A stretch of DNA of 64,000 nucleotides from assembly GCF_009914755.1 (NCBI RefSeq), contig NC_060936.1; one strand, 5' to 3'. Positions 26,191 through 39,128 of this stretch are shown piece by piece. A model generated the notes under the pieces. It worked only from the letters and a program-made list of their open reading frames with translations, searched no databases and was not told the DNA's origin. Numbering within the stretch: the first letter of the stretch is position 1; each line of letters begins with the position of its first letter. Origin of the DNA: the human T2T-CHM13v2.0 reference genome, Homo sapiens. The position numbers and the translations under genes were made by a program.

Positions 26191-28810
26191 AACGTCCTTC
26201 CGCTGTCTTTCCAAAATCCATCTACAAAGGAGAAAGTGATATACAAGTCATTGAAGAAAAAAGTTTACCTTATTCCTTTAAAAGACAGGGTAAATTTAAA
26301 ACCTATAACTGATAATTGAAGGTCTTCTCCATGACCCTATAAACACTCCAATACTACCTTGTTAGTGTAAACAAGGGCGTAGCCTGAAAGCACTGAGACC
26401 ACTGACAACCAGTAGCCTTCCTATCAAAAATCCTTAACCCCATAACCTGCGGATGGCCCAAATGCATTCATCGGTAGCAGCAACTGCTTTGATAATAGAA
26501 GTAGAAAAATAACTTTTAGAAGAAACCTCACTGTGAGCACACCTCACTAGTTCAGAGCTATCCTAAGTAAAAAAGCAAAAAGTTAGCTTACTAACTCAAA
26601 GTATGAGGCTATTCTGTTAGGAAATGGTGATTTAACATTAACCACTGAAAATTCCCTTAACCCAGCAGGTTTCCTAATGAGGGATTTAAATCGTAATTAC
26701 CATGCAAATGTCCACCAGACCTAGGAGGAACTCCCTTCAGGACAGGACAGATGGTTCCTCCCAAGTGATTCAGGGGAAAAACACAATGGGTATTCAGTAA
26801 TTGATAGAGAGACTTGTAGAAGCAGAGTTAGAAAAATTGCTTAATAGTTGGTCTACTCAAATGTTCGAGCTGTTTGCACTCAGCCTAAGCCTTAAAGTAC
26901 TTACAGAATCAAAAAACTGTATCTCAATCCTAACTCAAATGTTACCTGCACCCTCTCTGAAACGTATTTGCATAAGAACTGTTTACAGGAATGCATCTTG
27001 ATAGGGCAGCTGGGTTGTTATGAAATACTTAGGAACCCAGCCCAGCTCTAGAACTCACCCCTGAGCGCAAAGGCAATGTCAGACACGCTGGTAAAGGACC
27101 ACTAGAATCCAGCAGCCCAGACCCCTTTCTTTGTGGTCCAGAAATGCAGGAAAACGGGTGCAGGACTGCTACAGCGGTGAGCATAACTAATCCGATAAGC
27201 AGAGGTCCATGGGTGGTTACGCACCCTGGAAAGGAATAAGCGTTAGGACCCTCGAGGACACTCTAGGACTAATGCTCATCGGAAAATGACTAGGGGTGCT
27301 GGCATCCCTATGTTATTCTTTTCAGATTGGAAACATTCCCCCCAAGGCAAAAACGCCCCTAAGATGTATTCTGGAGAATTCGGCCCTGTCAGAGTGTATG
27401 TACCTTTTTCCCTCTCAGACTTGAAGCAAATTAAAATAGACCCAGGCAAATTCTCAGATAACCCTGATGGATATACTGATGTTTTATAAGGGTTAGGACA
27501 ATCTTTTGATCTGACATGGAGACATAGAATGTTACTGCTAGATCAGACACTCCAAATGAAAGAAGTGCTGCCATAACTGCAGCCCCAGAATTTGGCAATC
27601 TCTGGTATCTCAGTCAGGTCAATGATAGGATGACAACAGAGGAAAGAGAACAATTCCCCACAGGCCAGCAAGCAATTCCCAGTGTAGACACTCATTGGGA
27701 TGCAGAATCAGAACCGGGAGATTGGTGCCGCAGACATTTGCTAACTTGTGTGCTAGAAGGACTAAGGAAAACTAGAAAGAAGCCTATAAATTATTCAATG
27801 ATGTCCACTATAACACAGGAAAGGAGGAAAATCCTACTGTCTTTCTGGAGAGACAAAGGGAGGCATTGAGGAAGCATACCTCTGTTACTTGCCTCTATTG
27901 AAGGCCAGCTAATCTTAAAGTTTATCACTGGGTCAGCTGCAGACATTAGAAAAAGCTTCAAAAGTCCACCTTAGGCCCAGAGCAAAACTTAGAAACCCTA
28001 TTGAACTTGGCAACCTCAGTTTTTTACAATAGAGATCAGGAGAAACAGGCAAAATGGGACAAATGGGGGGAAAAAAAGCCACCGCTTTAGTCATGACCCT
28101 CAGGCAAGTGGACTTGGGAGGCTCTGGAAAAGGGAAAGGCTGGGAAAATCGAATACCTAAAAGGGCTTAGCTTCCAGTGCGGTCTGCAAGGACAATTTAA
28201 AAATGATTTTCTGAATAGAAATAAGCCACCCCCTTGTCCATGCCCTTCATGTCAAGGGAATCACTGGAAGGCCCACTGCCCCAGGGGGGCAAAAGTCCTC
28301 TAAGTCAGAAACCACTAACCAGATGATCCAGCAGCAGGACTGAGGGTGCCCAGGGCAAACACCAGCCCATGCCGTCACTCTCCCAGAGCCCCGGGTATGC
28401 TTGACCATTGAGGCCAGGAGGTTAACTGTCTCCTGGACACTGGTGCGGGCTTCTCAGTCTTACTCTCCTGTCCCGGATAACTGTCCTCCAGATCTGTCAC
28501 TATCTGAGGGTTCCTGGGACAGGCAGTCACTAGATACTTCTCCCAGCCACTAAGTTGTGACTGGGGAACTTTAGTCTTTTCACATGCCTTTCTAATTATG
28601 CCTGAAAGCCCCACTCCTTGGTTAGGGAGAGACATCCTAGCAAAAGCAGGGGCCATTATACACTAGAATTAGGAGAAGGAAAAAGGGTAAATATATATAC
28701 AGACTCTAAGTATGCTTACCTAGTCCTCCATGCCCACGCAGCAATATGGAGAGAAAGGGAATTCCTAACTTCCGAGGGAACACCTATCAAACATCAGGAA
28801 GCCATTAGGC
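26190..28810 (+). pseudogene. HERV-W (HERV17)-like pre-gag, gag, pro and RNase H remnants with internal deletions
   Basis: GEFGPVRVYVPFSLSDLKQIKID.GKFSDNPDGY; GDWCRRHLLTCVLEGLRKTRKKP; protease LLDTGA; LELGEGKRVNIYTDSKYAYLVLHAHAAIW. Confidence 0.85.
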
Positions 28811-29672
28811 CCCAAAATTCTCCTTGCCTCTGAGTCTACTTCCTCCAATTGCTGCCTAAAGCTAATTTTATCGGGAAGAGGATTTGCTTGTGTCTCTTCA
28901 GGTGACAATCAGGTGCCTGTGTGGGTGCCCACCACATCTGAAGATCACGAGCCATAGCATCTAGTGGACCCACCTGTACAGTGTGAATTGAAGGTTTGAA
29001 AAGCCTCAATTTGCTTTCTCTGTGCCTTCTGTTAATCAGAAAAGGCCGGTTTCTCATTATCAGTGACCTCTCAGCTACAACCACAAAAGTTTTTGCTTCT
29101 GTTTCAGTAGTAGATTTACAAACATGGGGGTGTGAGGGTACGCTTTTGTTTTTGCAGGAGATGAACAAACTGTATGAATGCCCTCAAGATGTGTATCAAC
29201 CATGGAACGGGAGACTGGAGGGACCCATGGATCCCAACCATGGACCGGGTTCCCCCAGTACGAGCCATGAGCCAGCTGAATCTGAATGCGAAGATGGAAC
29301 AAGGACCGACTGGAGTCACGATGCTTAACAGACCAGTGCTTTCTGACTCAGCTCCTCTCTAACCTGAATAAAGAGACCCTAATAGTTAGGCAGGAATATC
29401 ATTGCCCCTATTCAGCATGAAGAAGTTACAGAAGATGGACCTTCATCCTTCTGCAACCCCTAGGATTAAGGGTTCTCTTGTAAAGGGAAAGGGGAGGTAT
29501 GTGGGAAGCATTCAAACCAGAGGGACTCCTGTTTGAATAAGGGCTAAGAAAAATGAAGCTGGGTCACCAACCGGCAATTAAGGGCTGCACAGCCTGCAAT
29601 CGCCTTGCTTATGATAGCTAGTAATGATAGTAATAATGATACCTTCTCTTTTACAAAAAGAAGGCAGGGGCA

Positions 29673-30080
29673 TGTTGGGAAAAAGCTGAGTGTTGGGAGG
29701 GAGACTGAAGCAGGGCTTGCATAATGTCCTCGGGAAATGTGTCTAGACTTGCTTCTTGCTTCTAGCCCTCCTAGGCTCCTAGGCTCCTATTTCCATTATC
29801 TCAAGTAGCAGAACATGTTACATATAATGCTAAACCATCACAGTTGTAAATCATGTGCTTAATGCAACCTGCCCTTTTGACCTCCACATTCTCACCACCT
29901 GTTTCTTTGTTGGATTACCAATAAATAGTGTGGGCTCCCAGAGCTCGGTGCCTTCGCAGCCCTACGTACGCTAGTAATGGCCCCTGGTGTCCCACCTTTT
30001 TCTTTCTCTCAATCCAATCCTTTGACTCCACTGGACTTTGTCACCCCCATGACCTGGTGCTGGGTCTGATCACCCCAACA
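29673..30080 (+). mobile_element. 3' LTR (LTR14 family), 408 bp, preceded by a PPT
   Basis: PPT aaaaagaaggcagggg at about 29655-29670; roughly 90% identical to the 5' LTR by eye; AATAAA retained. Confidence 0.9.
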
Positions 30081-30460
30081 CCATAAAATCTCCAAAAACA
30101 CCTGTAGAAGTGATTTTAATTTTGTATATACTTTTCAGTAGCATTGAAGTATGATGTGGGGACAGCCATTTAGAGCCTGTTATATTTATGACTCTCAGCT
30201 AAGAGTCTGAGTCTGTATTCTGGAGAATTCGGCCCTGTCAATAACTGACCTTTGACCTAGATTAACCCTTTCATCTATATTGAGATATGTAAATGATTAA
30301 ACTATGTAAAATAACAGCAATATCACCTTTGCAGGGTGCTTGTGTGTATTTATATAAAATATATTTAAGTCAGTGCTTTTCTGATTAGCCATAACCTAGA
30401 TTTCTAGAAGTGTCAGGATCACTGCTGATAGTATCACACATATTATTCTATATATACAAC

Positions 30461-31262
30461 TGAAACAGGAAAAGTGCCCTTGTCCCTCTCACAGGGCATG
30501 AGACAGGGGGAGTGGCTTGCTTCTTCAGTGCCATGCTGCTAAACCTCCAGGGGGACCCTACAGACAGGCAGGTTGTGGGGCTCTGACACCAGGGCAGCAT
30601 CTAGGGGAGAATGTTTACAGCTCCTGAAGCCCCAGCAGGCGTGTGTTACCATGTGATCTTTTAGTTTTGCCATCTGTAGGTGGCTTGTGTTAACCAGCTC
30701 AACTAGACTCTCTGCCTTATCGCAAGGACAAAGGGCTTTCCGTATCCCAGGGTTCTTGCCTTGGTGTGCCTGAAGAATTGGATGACACGTGGGCTTGGAG
30801 AATGAGTGCAAAGTTTTTTACTGAATGGTGGAAGTAGCTCTTAGCAAATGGATGGGGAGCCAGAAGGGGAGTGGAAGGATATCCCCTGGAATTGGGCCAC
30901 TCAGCAGCCAGACTCTCCTCCGACCACCCCCATCAAACTTCATGTGGTTTCTCTGGTGGATGGCTTGCTGGGGTCAGCTGGTGCCTGTCCGTGTGCTCTT
31001 ATGCTAGTGCGTTCCTCTACACGTCCAGTCACTTGCATCTTCTTCCGCTGGTGTATCCCTCTCAGCGTCCAGCCGCTTGTGTGGTTTTTATAGGTGCAGG
31101 ATGGGGGTGTGGTAGGCCAGAGTGATCTTGGGAAATGCAACATTTGGGCACGAGGGCAAGTCCCTGTCCTCACCTAAGTCCGTGTGCACAGGCCCGGGGT
31201 ACAGCCCTCGCTAGGGACCCGCCCTTCTCCTCACAGCACTTCCCTGACCCGCTTCCGTACCA
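30461..31262 (-). mobile_element. LTR1-family (ERV1) solo LTR
   Basis: Minus strand TGGTACGGAAG...GCCCAAATGTTGCATTTCCCAAG...CCTATAAAAACC; 4-bp TSD CAAC at 30457-30460 and 31263-31266. Confidence 0.85.
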
Positions 31263-34200
31263 CAACCAAGCTTATCACTATTTCTTTTACATTATAGCCT
31301 TCTAGTTTCTAAATGATTAATTTATTTTTGGGTTTGGATCTTTAAAAATCTTAGCAAAAGTAATTGAGTATATTTTTTTCAGAGCACTTGGACATCTACA
31401 CGTATTTTCTTCATTTTTCAAACAGAATTTATCTGTCTTTATAACTAGAGTTTTACAAAAGTTTCCCTTGAAACACTTTAGACTTTCCTTAACTTCTTAT
31501 ATAGTTTGCCAAGAAAATAAAGCCATTTTTGAATTATTTCCATTGTTTTTTAACCTACTTCTTCCGAGAGAATATTATTTTTTGTGTGTGAAACACATTG
31601 AATTGTATTTGATATGTAGAAGTTTATCTTCCTTCCTCCCAGAATAGAAATTGTTTCTGCTGTGGATTTTTGAGTTCTATATTCCAGAAACATGAAGTAT
31701 TATAGATTAGATTCTAATATTTACACCTATAATATTTATGTATATCCATGGTATGCTTTTTGTACATGTTTTTCATTAATTTGTCCTTTGTGTTCTTAAA
31801 AATCTTCTCAGGTTTTACACCTATATCTTTTACCAATTGGTAGTGTCAGTTCAATTCTTCACTGCCTAAAATGCAAATTCTAAAGTCTGATCTGGACTTT
31901 CTATTATATCTTCTATTTTAAAAATTAGGTATGTAATTTCTCATTTTATATTAATATTTATGTTCTTTTTCCTGAGGAATATTTTTGAACCCATTCCTAT
32001 TTATGCATGTGTGTGTAAAGGATTTGTTTATGTTTCTTGATCTTCTTTAAAGGAAAGATATTCTATGGTCTGGTTTGCTGACACATGGTACACCTATTTT
32101 ATCTGTATCTTCATTATTCTTTCAATCATTATTTTTGGAAGGGGATAATGTAGCTCTGTCTAATCTCATACTACAAATCTGTTTGCTGTACCTGTTTCAG
32201 CATAATCTCTATGTGTAACCAGAATTGAATTACTTTGTTAGTGTTTTATTGAGGTGGAAGGTGGTTCCCAAATTGACCATCCTCTCGTTAGTGGAAAGAA
32301 AAGACACAGATTGCGGGTTTCCTTTTCTTTTTTTACTCAAGTGCTTTACATGAGTGATTATAACAAAAGCTGTTTGAGATCCTGCCCCAACATTTCCAAC
32401 AACTGAATCTACATTTCCTGTGTTTGCCTTTAGTCATGAGCACTACACAGGCTAAGATAATTTGCCACTCCCACTTCTTGTATTCCTTTAGCCATGAATG
32501 TTTGAAGAAAGATAGAGTTGCTAGTGGTGGGTCCTGAGTGATAGAAGAGTTTTAAAAACTATACCCGTGTAGGGGAAGGACATCTGGCCAGTTTTCTGGT
32601 TGTGCAAAGCTTGTGTGCAAGCTGGGACTTAAGAATAAGTTAAAATATTGTAGCTACCTGTTACCAGATGAATTATGCATTTTCAGTTTGAAGGTGGCAC
32701 AAACATAGGCTATGATTTTATTTATCATTTTAATTCTCAATAGTAAAACATTGAATTTCTGTTAACATGATTTCTGTTACATGAACTTTCATTCCAATTG
32801 TAAATTGTCATTATTCAAATTAAAAACTAGAATTTTAACAGAAAATTATAAAATGGTGGATTCCATTCTCATAACTAGTCACTGTCTCAATTAAGCCCCT
32901 GTGATTAAAAAAATACTACTATGTATACAATATTGATTTTTAGTGGATATCAGTTACTAGTGGATGTGTAAATATAAAATAAATTTATTGAAGCCATTTT
33001 TATGCTTTCCTTACAGAAGAAATTCTATTTATTTGAAGATATTCAATGAGAGCATCATTGATCAAAGATCACTACTATTTTTTTAAATCATTTTTTGTCA
33101 ACACAGTTTTGTGAAGGTTCTCTAGTAGGGGACTGACACAGAAGTGTTACTCAAAGAAAAATAATAATAAAGTAATATACACAATTACGGCTCTATACCT
33201 GACAGTTTACAATATTGAATAACACAAACTATTGTATTTATGTTTTAAAATGAAAAATGTAGAAGTTATTTTTTCAAAAATCATTTTCTCATTTTTAGTA
33301 GTTTCTTAGTTACATGCTATTCACTGTTATAAGATGCCCAAAGAGTTGAAAAGACCCTTGAGTTATTTTCTTTCCCATCTCCACATCTCCACATGCATTC
33401 ACACAGCTATCAGAAAAGGAAGCCCACAGTCATCTTAAATTCCACCTCACTGCACTATAGTCCTCACTTTCAGGAATATTTTTCTTAAAATAATCTGAAT
33501 TTCACAAGTCACAATTTAAGCCCATTTTATGCAGTCTATAGTGAATATACATCTATTTTTGAAGATGGTTTTATCAAATTGTTTTTCCTTTTGACACAAA
33601 ATCCTCCATTTATAAACCTTTATTCACGTTTACTTTTCTAACATTTCATACATGACTACTAATTCTTCTCGCAATTCTGATGTTTGCTGAGAACAACAGG
33701 AAAATTACCTCATAATATTTCAATTATATTCCTCTTTCTTCTAAACTATTCACTCACATGTTTCGGTCATGCCCACTCAAGTAATTATCATGCTAAATTA
33801 CTGAGCTCCTACTCATTTTTTTGTAATTTCAAATCAATTGCTATAATATTTGTATATATCCACTTATTCCCCATTTTATAATTGCACTTTTTTCTTTCTG
33901 TCCTAAAGGAACCCATCTGGGAATTTACCTTTTTCCAAGTTTATGATTTTGAATGTAACATTTCTCACATCTGATCATACTTCTTTCTTCTCTTATTTTG
34001 CTATCTCTGTTCTTTCTCTGCCTTTAATTCACTTCATATTTTGTATTCTTTCTGAGAGATTAAGTTCATATAAAGAACCACTATTTTACCTAAGAATATG
34101 TGTACACATGTTTCTGTCTTAGTCTGCAAACAAATAACTGTAATAATATGTTTATTTAAAAATTACTTCATTAATAATGATCTAATTCCATAATGCTATA

Positions 34201-35869
34201 CTATTTTTAAGCAGGTTAATGAGCTATGTACTGTGGAAAACAAACTTTGCATGACATACAGACTTATTTCACTGAAGGCTTCAAAATCTTCTGATCAAAT
34301 CAAACAACTGGTTTTTCATTACAGTTATAGTTACTGTTTGAGTTAATTAAACATACTACCCATGACTCAATCAAAAAAAAGTTAACCTTTGAACGTGTTT
34401 TTATATAGAAATACCTCTAAGTTTTATGAACTTAAATATTATATTACCTTGAAATTTACAGTTGAAAAAGCATATATCAGCTTGATTTTACATATGTGTT
34501 TTTACAAGTTTTCATGTGTCTAGTTGTTAAATGCTCATGTTGAGTCCCATGAAACAGTCAAAAATCATACAGGCAACTCATGGTTACACTTTCTTTCATG
34601 TAATGTCAAGTGATTCCATCACTCACATTTTTCTTAATTCATTATGCCTTAGCTGCTCCAGGACCACTAAAATGTTGGTCAAGTTTTACATTGACACTGA
34701 TACTTTATAGTCTGCAAATTTGCTTCTTAGAGTAATTTATATTTCCATTATTAAACATAAACTTGTGTTACATCTATATCCAAAAGGAAGAAAAATAATG
34801 TTTGGTGGTTTATATATTTGAAAATTATGATGAATTTTTTTCTTTTCTTATGAAATAATATCTTGTCACTATAGACTATATTTCAAATTTATGGTGTGCC
34901 TCTATTTCTTTGGGAATTTAAAATACTTTAAATAATTTTTGGGCTTTGCCTGATTCCCCAGAATTGTAGAGTATGACTGATAACTGCCTTTAGAATCCTT
35001 AATAGCTAAATTACAATTATTATGCAAAGCCCTACAATAGACAGTTATATGGATTGTTAAATGACTTTGCCTTTTTTGCAAACTATAATCATTTTCCTTT
35101 ATTAGCTGAAGGATTTTATAATTTAAGGAAGATGAGAAACCTATAAGTCACGCTTTCAAATAAGGAACATGGATATTGCAAACATTAAATTCCCCCATAA
35201 AAATGTTAAGGCATCATTAAACTAGGTTCAGATTAATACAATTCAGTCAACTCTAGATAGATATCTCCCATAATAAGCTGAAACAATACCTAGTGATCTA
35301 AGATGTAAAACATTTTACTACAGCCAATTTATAAACCTATAAAACATACAGGTATCATTCAACCTCTTTATTAATAGTGCATGCCTTGTATTAAATCAAA
35401 ACCACTTTAAAGACCCCTCCCCTTTGGCATTCCCTTCCTCAGCTGTTGCCCCTCATTATATGTCATCTCACTGAAGCTTATCCAAAATGAATGACAGCAT
35501 CTTTCTTACTAGAAGCAGCATAGGCAATTCCCAGCCTAGTGATACAGCTTGGCTAGCTCTGAGATTTACAGACACACTTGCTGTCCTCAAACTACAACAT
35601 TCTATTGCTTAGTGTTGATGTATTTGTTTCTCTGTAGGTATATGTGGTTTTTGCTCACTTTAGAAAAATGCAACTTATTATTTTTAAGGTTTTTCAAGTT
35701 GTTTTACAAGTGAATTATGTTCACAAGAAAACTGATATTGGGACAATATCATGTTCTAAACAATTTTGAATCTGGTTGGAGAATTCCTTTTAACACCTCA
35801 TTTTTCCCTAGTAAGAAAGCCAAATATTTCATATTGGCTGAGTTGCTGAGGGTTTTAATGAATTATTTT

Positions 35870-36350
35870 TTCTGGTTATCTATTGCCATGCGACAATTCC
35901 AAAATAAAAACAATATTTACTATGCTCACAAATCTGTAGTTTGGGTAGAGTTCTGTGGCAGTCACCTATCTCTGTTTCACTTGCCATCAGCTGGAGTAGC
36001 CCAAAGGTTGTAGGCTGGCATCACCCAAAGATTTGCTTGTATATCTATCTGGTGGTTGTGTGGTCATTAACTCTATGTGCTATCTCCAGCCTGGCACCTT
36101 CCAGGTAGCTGGATTCATACATGTTGACTCATAGCTTCCAAAGCAGAGTTAACATGGGAGAGAGAAACAGATGGGAGCTGTGTCTCCTTTTCTAACCTGG
36201 CTTCGTAAGTCATACACGTTACTTCTGCCTCAATCTGTTTGTTAAGACGAGTCCGTAAAACTGATCTACATCAGTAGGAAGGGAATTGGAACAATCTTTT
36301 GATGGGAGAAGTATCAAAAAATGTGTTTATGTGTTTTAAAATTGTCACAT
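35870..36350 (-). mobile_element. Old MLT1-type MaLR LTR
   Basis: ttatctattgc...tgctcacaaatctgtagtttggg...tcttttgatgggagaag. Confidence 0.65.
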
Positions 36351-37479
36351 TATCAAAGGTGGAATTAATCTAATAATTTCAAATATCACTCTGAAAAAAT
36401 AATTAGCTGTTCGTTTCTAAAATTACTGCATCAAAAAAATCTTAATATAAATTCTTGTTCTTGTTACTACATTCCATATATTCCTTATGACAAGGTGTGT
36501 CATCCAAGGTCAATTTTCTAAAACATCAGCGTCTAATTAAAAATTTTAAACATATGGAAATATAAGTGGTATCTTTGACAGAAAAATTTTGATCTCTGAC
36601 TTATCACAGGTACATATGCCTGAATTAAACTATTAAAAATTACCATTTAACATTAGAGTTCTTACATTTAACATAGATAAATATGTTATTTTTAAGGCAA
36701 AATTGTCCCCAAATCTTTCTTTAACTGGAAAAATGATTCTAAGGAATGAAAACCAAATCTCTAAAAATGAGATGATCCAGAAGAAAAACAAAACAAACAA
36801 AAACCATATTCAAGTATAACTACTTGTACTTATAAATATATATGTATATATAGCCAATATTAAAACTATCAAAGATTAATACAATTTTTATAAACAGTTG
36901 ACAGTAAGAGTGTATCATTAAATTTGCTAAGATAACTTTGTACAATAGAAGTTTATTTTTCACTCACATAGCTATCTAATATAAATGTTCCTAGTTGATG
37001 GGAAGCTGTCCTCACTTAAACATGATATATTAGTGCCAGCCAGAAGAAGCCTGTGTGTCATTACAGTCTTACAGAGATGACCATGAAGTTTATTAACAGA
37101 AAGAAATTATCTCAGTTGGCAGAATTTCAAGAAATACACTTTGTTGTCTACAAAAGACTAGGAAAGCAAAATATATCACTATTTCATTAAATTATATATG
37201 ATATTTGTGACTCACCATTGAAAACATTTGTATGTATCCTTCCTCATTTACCCTTTTCAATAATTTAATAAACTAGACTAAAAAAGACCTTAGTAACATT
37301 TTTAAAAGTTCACCACTTTAAAAATGTAGGGTAAGAAAAGTAGCATGTAATACACTATTTCTAGGCAGTGATTAATAGTTTTTCCAGTTGGTCAGAAGTA
37401 TGTAAAAGGTTAAGCTGGAATACCCATGACAATAAGTTTTAAAGGAAAAGTATGTGAAAGGATAACTCTCAGAGGAATC

Positions 37480-37830
37480 ATAAAATACACAGATCTTTGT
37501 GTATCATGTTAATGCCCAGCAGAGATATAACTTTACAACGAGCTGGACAGGATGACTTGGCCACCAGATATCCACCTGACTCTTTTTTCTGGCCATCTCT
37601 CCTTATGTAACTGACCCACGATAACAGTGGCCATGGTGGCAGAGATGGAAGCAATGCATGGGTCTACAATATGGACTTTTCCTCAATGTGGCTGATTGAG
37701 GACATCACTTCTAAGTATCCAACCAGTCAGTTTCTGAAGTAAAACCTCCACCCCGGGCGTGGCACCATTTCTTAGGTTGCTGGGAGAGTAGATAACAAGC
37801 TGCAGGTTAAATGCTAGCATCCAGATTTTG
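37480..37830 (+). mobile_element. ERVL/MaLR internal pol relic (RNase H end and integrase N-terminus)
   Basis: atctttgtgtatcatgttaatgccca (IFVxHVNA) and agtggccatggtggcagagatgga (SGHGGRDG). Confidence 0.7.
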
Positions 37831-39122
37831 CTGTTCCAGGATCCTATGATCTGCATTGATATGGGGCAGCACAGTTCAGTGGTAGCACCCACTGATGTAA
37901 AACAACGGAGTGGATCTACTGTTAACTCTGACCCATAGAGCAGAGTCACCACTAAGCTTCTCAGAGCTGTCTGTGCCTACTCATCAGTGCATCCCTACTT
38001 CCTGAGTAAACGAAGTTCCCCTGAATTCTCCCAGGGATCATAGTCAAACACTGGGTTCTTGGGACTAGTTTAATATATTAACCCTAAATTCCTCCTTCAT
38101 GTCCTTATAAACATTCTAAACCAATTTTGTACACTACCACATTAATTTCCGTTTTCCCACTACTTTTACGTTAGTTATATTGTCAAGGTCAGACTTCTAG
38201 GGAACAGCAAATCTATTTAGACCAGCTGTAGGTGTCACTCTTACAATGTTGCATTGTGACTCATGGTGAATGATCTCATGTCAGTAAATTTTCTCCTATC
38301 GAGCTTAATATTCTGTTTCACCCCTCTCCAAGGCCACTCTAACACTCTCTATTAAAGATCTTCATCACATTGGTCCCCAGGGTCTTGACAATACTTATTA
38401 ACCAAGTGTGTACATGTGGCATTGCTTGTTGTCGTAATTTCCTGTGCCTGAGACCTAACTTTGTCAGCAATTTGGCCAAAATTAAGCCTTGGGTCTCAAC
38501 TTGAAACACATCTTGCGTCAAAGGTCCACAGGGGCTGTGGGAGTGGTACTGTGGTCTACGAGGTGGATGCTTCTCTTTGGAAAGAAACAGTAATTAGAGT
38601 AACCTGAGAAGAACCAAAATGTTTGTACCTAATCCACAAATACTTATTTCAGGGCAAAAAAGCCTTTAAGGTTATAAATTCCCCGATAAGTTTTTACTTC
38701 TTTCCATCCTATGATGTATGAGTTTCTAAATCTTTTGATCTAAAAAGGACCTTAGCTCTATAAAATAATATGTGATAATGATCCTTGCTAACATAGCGTG
38801 ATACATGGAAATGGGGAAGAGTAGACTTTTTCATCATCACGTCAACTACAGAATATATATACTGTTGGGGAAGGAATTTGCTTAGGGGCCTAAGTTATAT
38901 GCATAATATTATGTAAGCTACTGAATTATTGTAAAGACATGATTAAAATAAATGCATGCAATTCTATTAAATAAATGAAGAACTTTCATAGATTGATAAA
39001 CTAAGCTCTGTGACCTATTAACTGTATGAATATAAATACCCATTTCATTCCAAATAACTATATAAAATAAAGGTAAACCACAAACTATGGCATGGTCGTT
39101 TAATAAATTCACATAAACAGAG

Positions 39123-39128
39123 TTTATT
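39123..39128 (-). terminator. RERGL polyadenylation signal AATAAA
   Basis: AATAAA about 280 nt after the stop, followed on the minus strand by a GU/U-rich element (GTTTGTGGTTTACCTTTATTTT, about 39065-39086). Confidence 0.75.

Larger units (their letters stand above)
24886..30080 (+). mobile_element. Deleted mosaic provirus: HERV-K14-type (LTR14 family) shell with HERV-W internal sequence
   Basis: Two related TG...CA LTRs, a Lys PBS, betaretroviral gag start, HERV-W gag/pro/RNase H and a PPT; imperfect TSD CCATG/CCATA. Confidence 0.88.
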
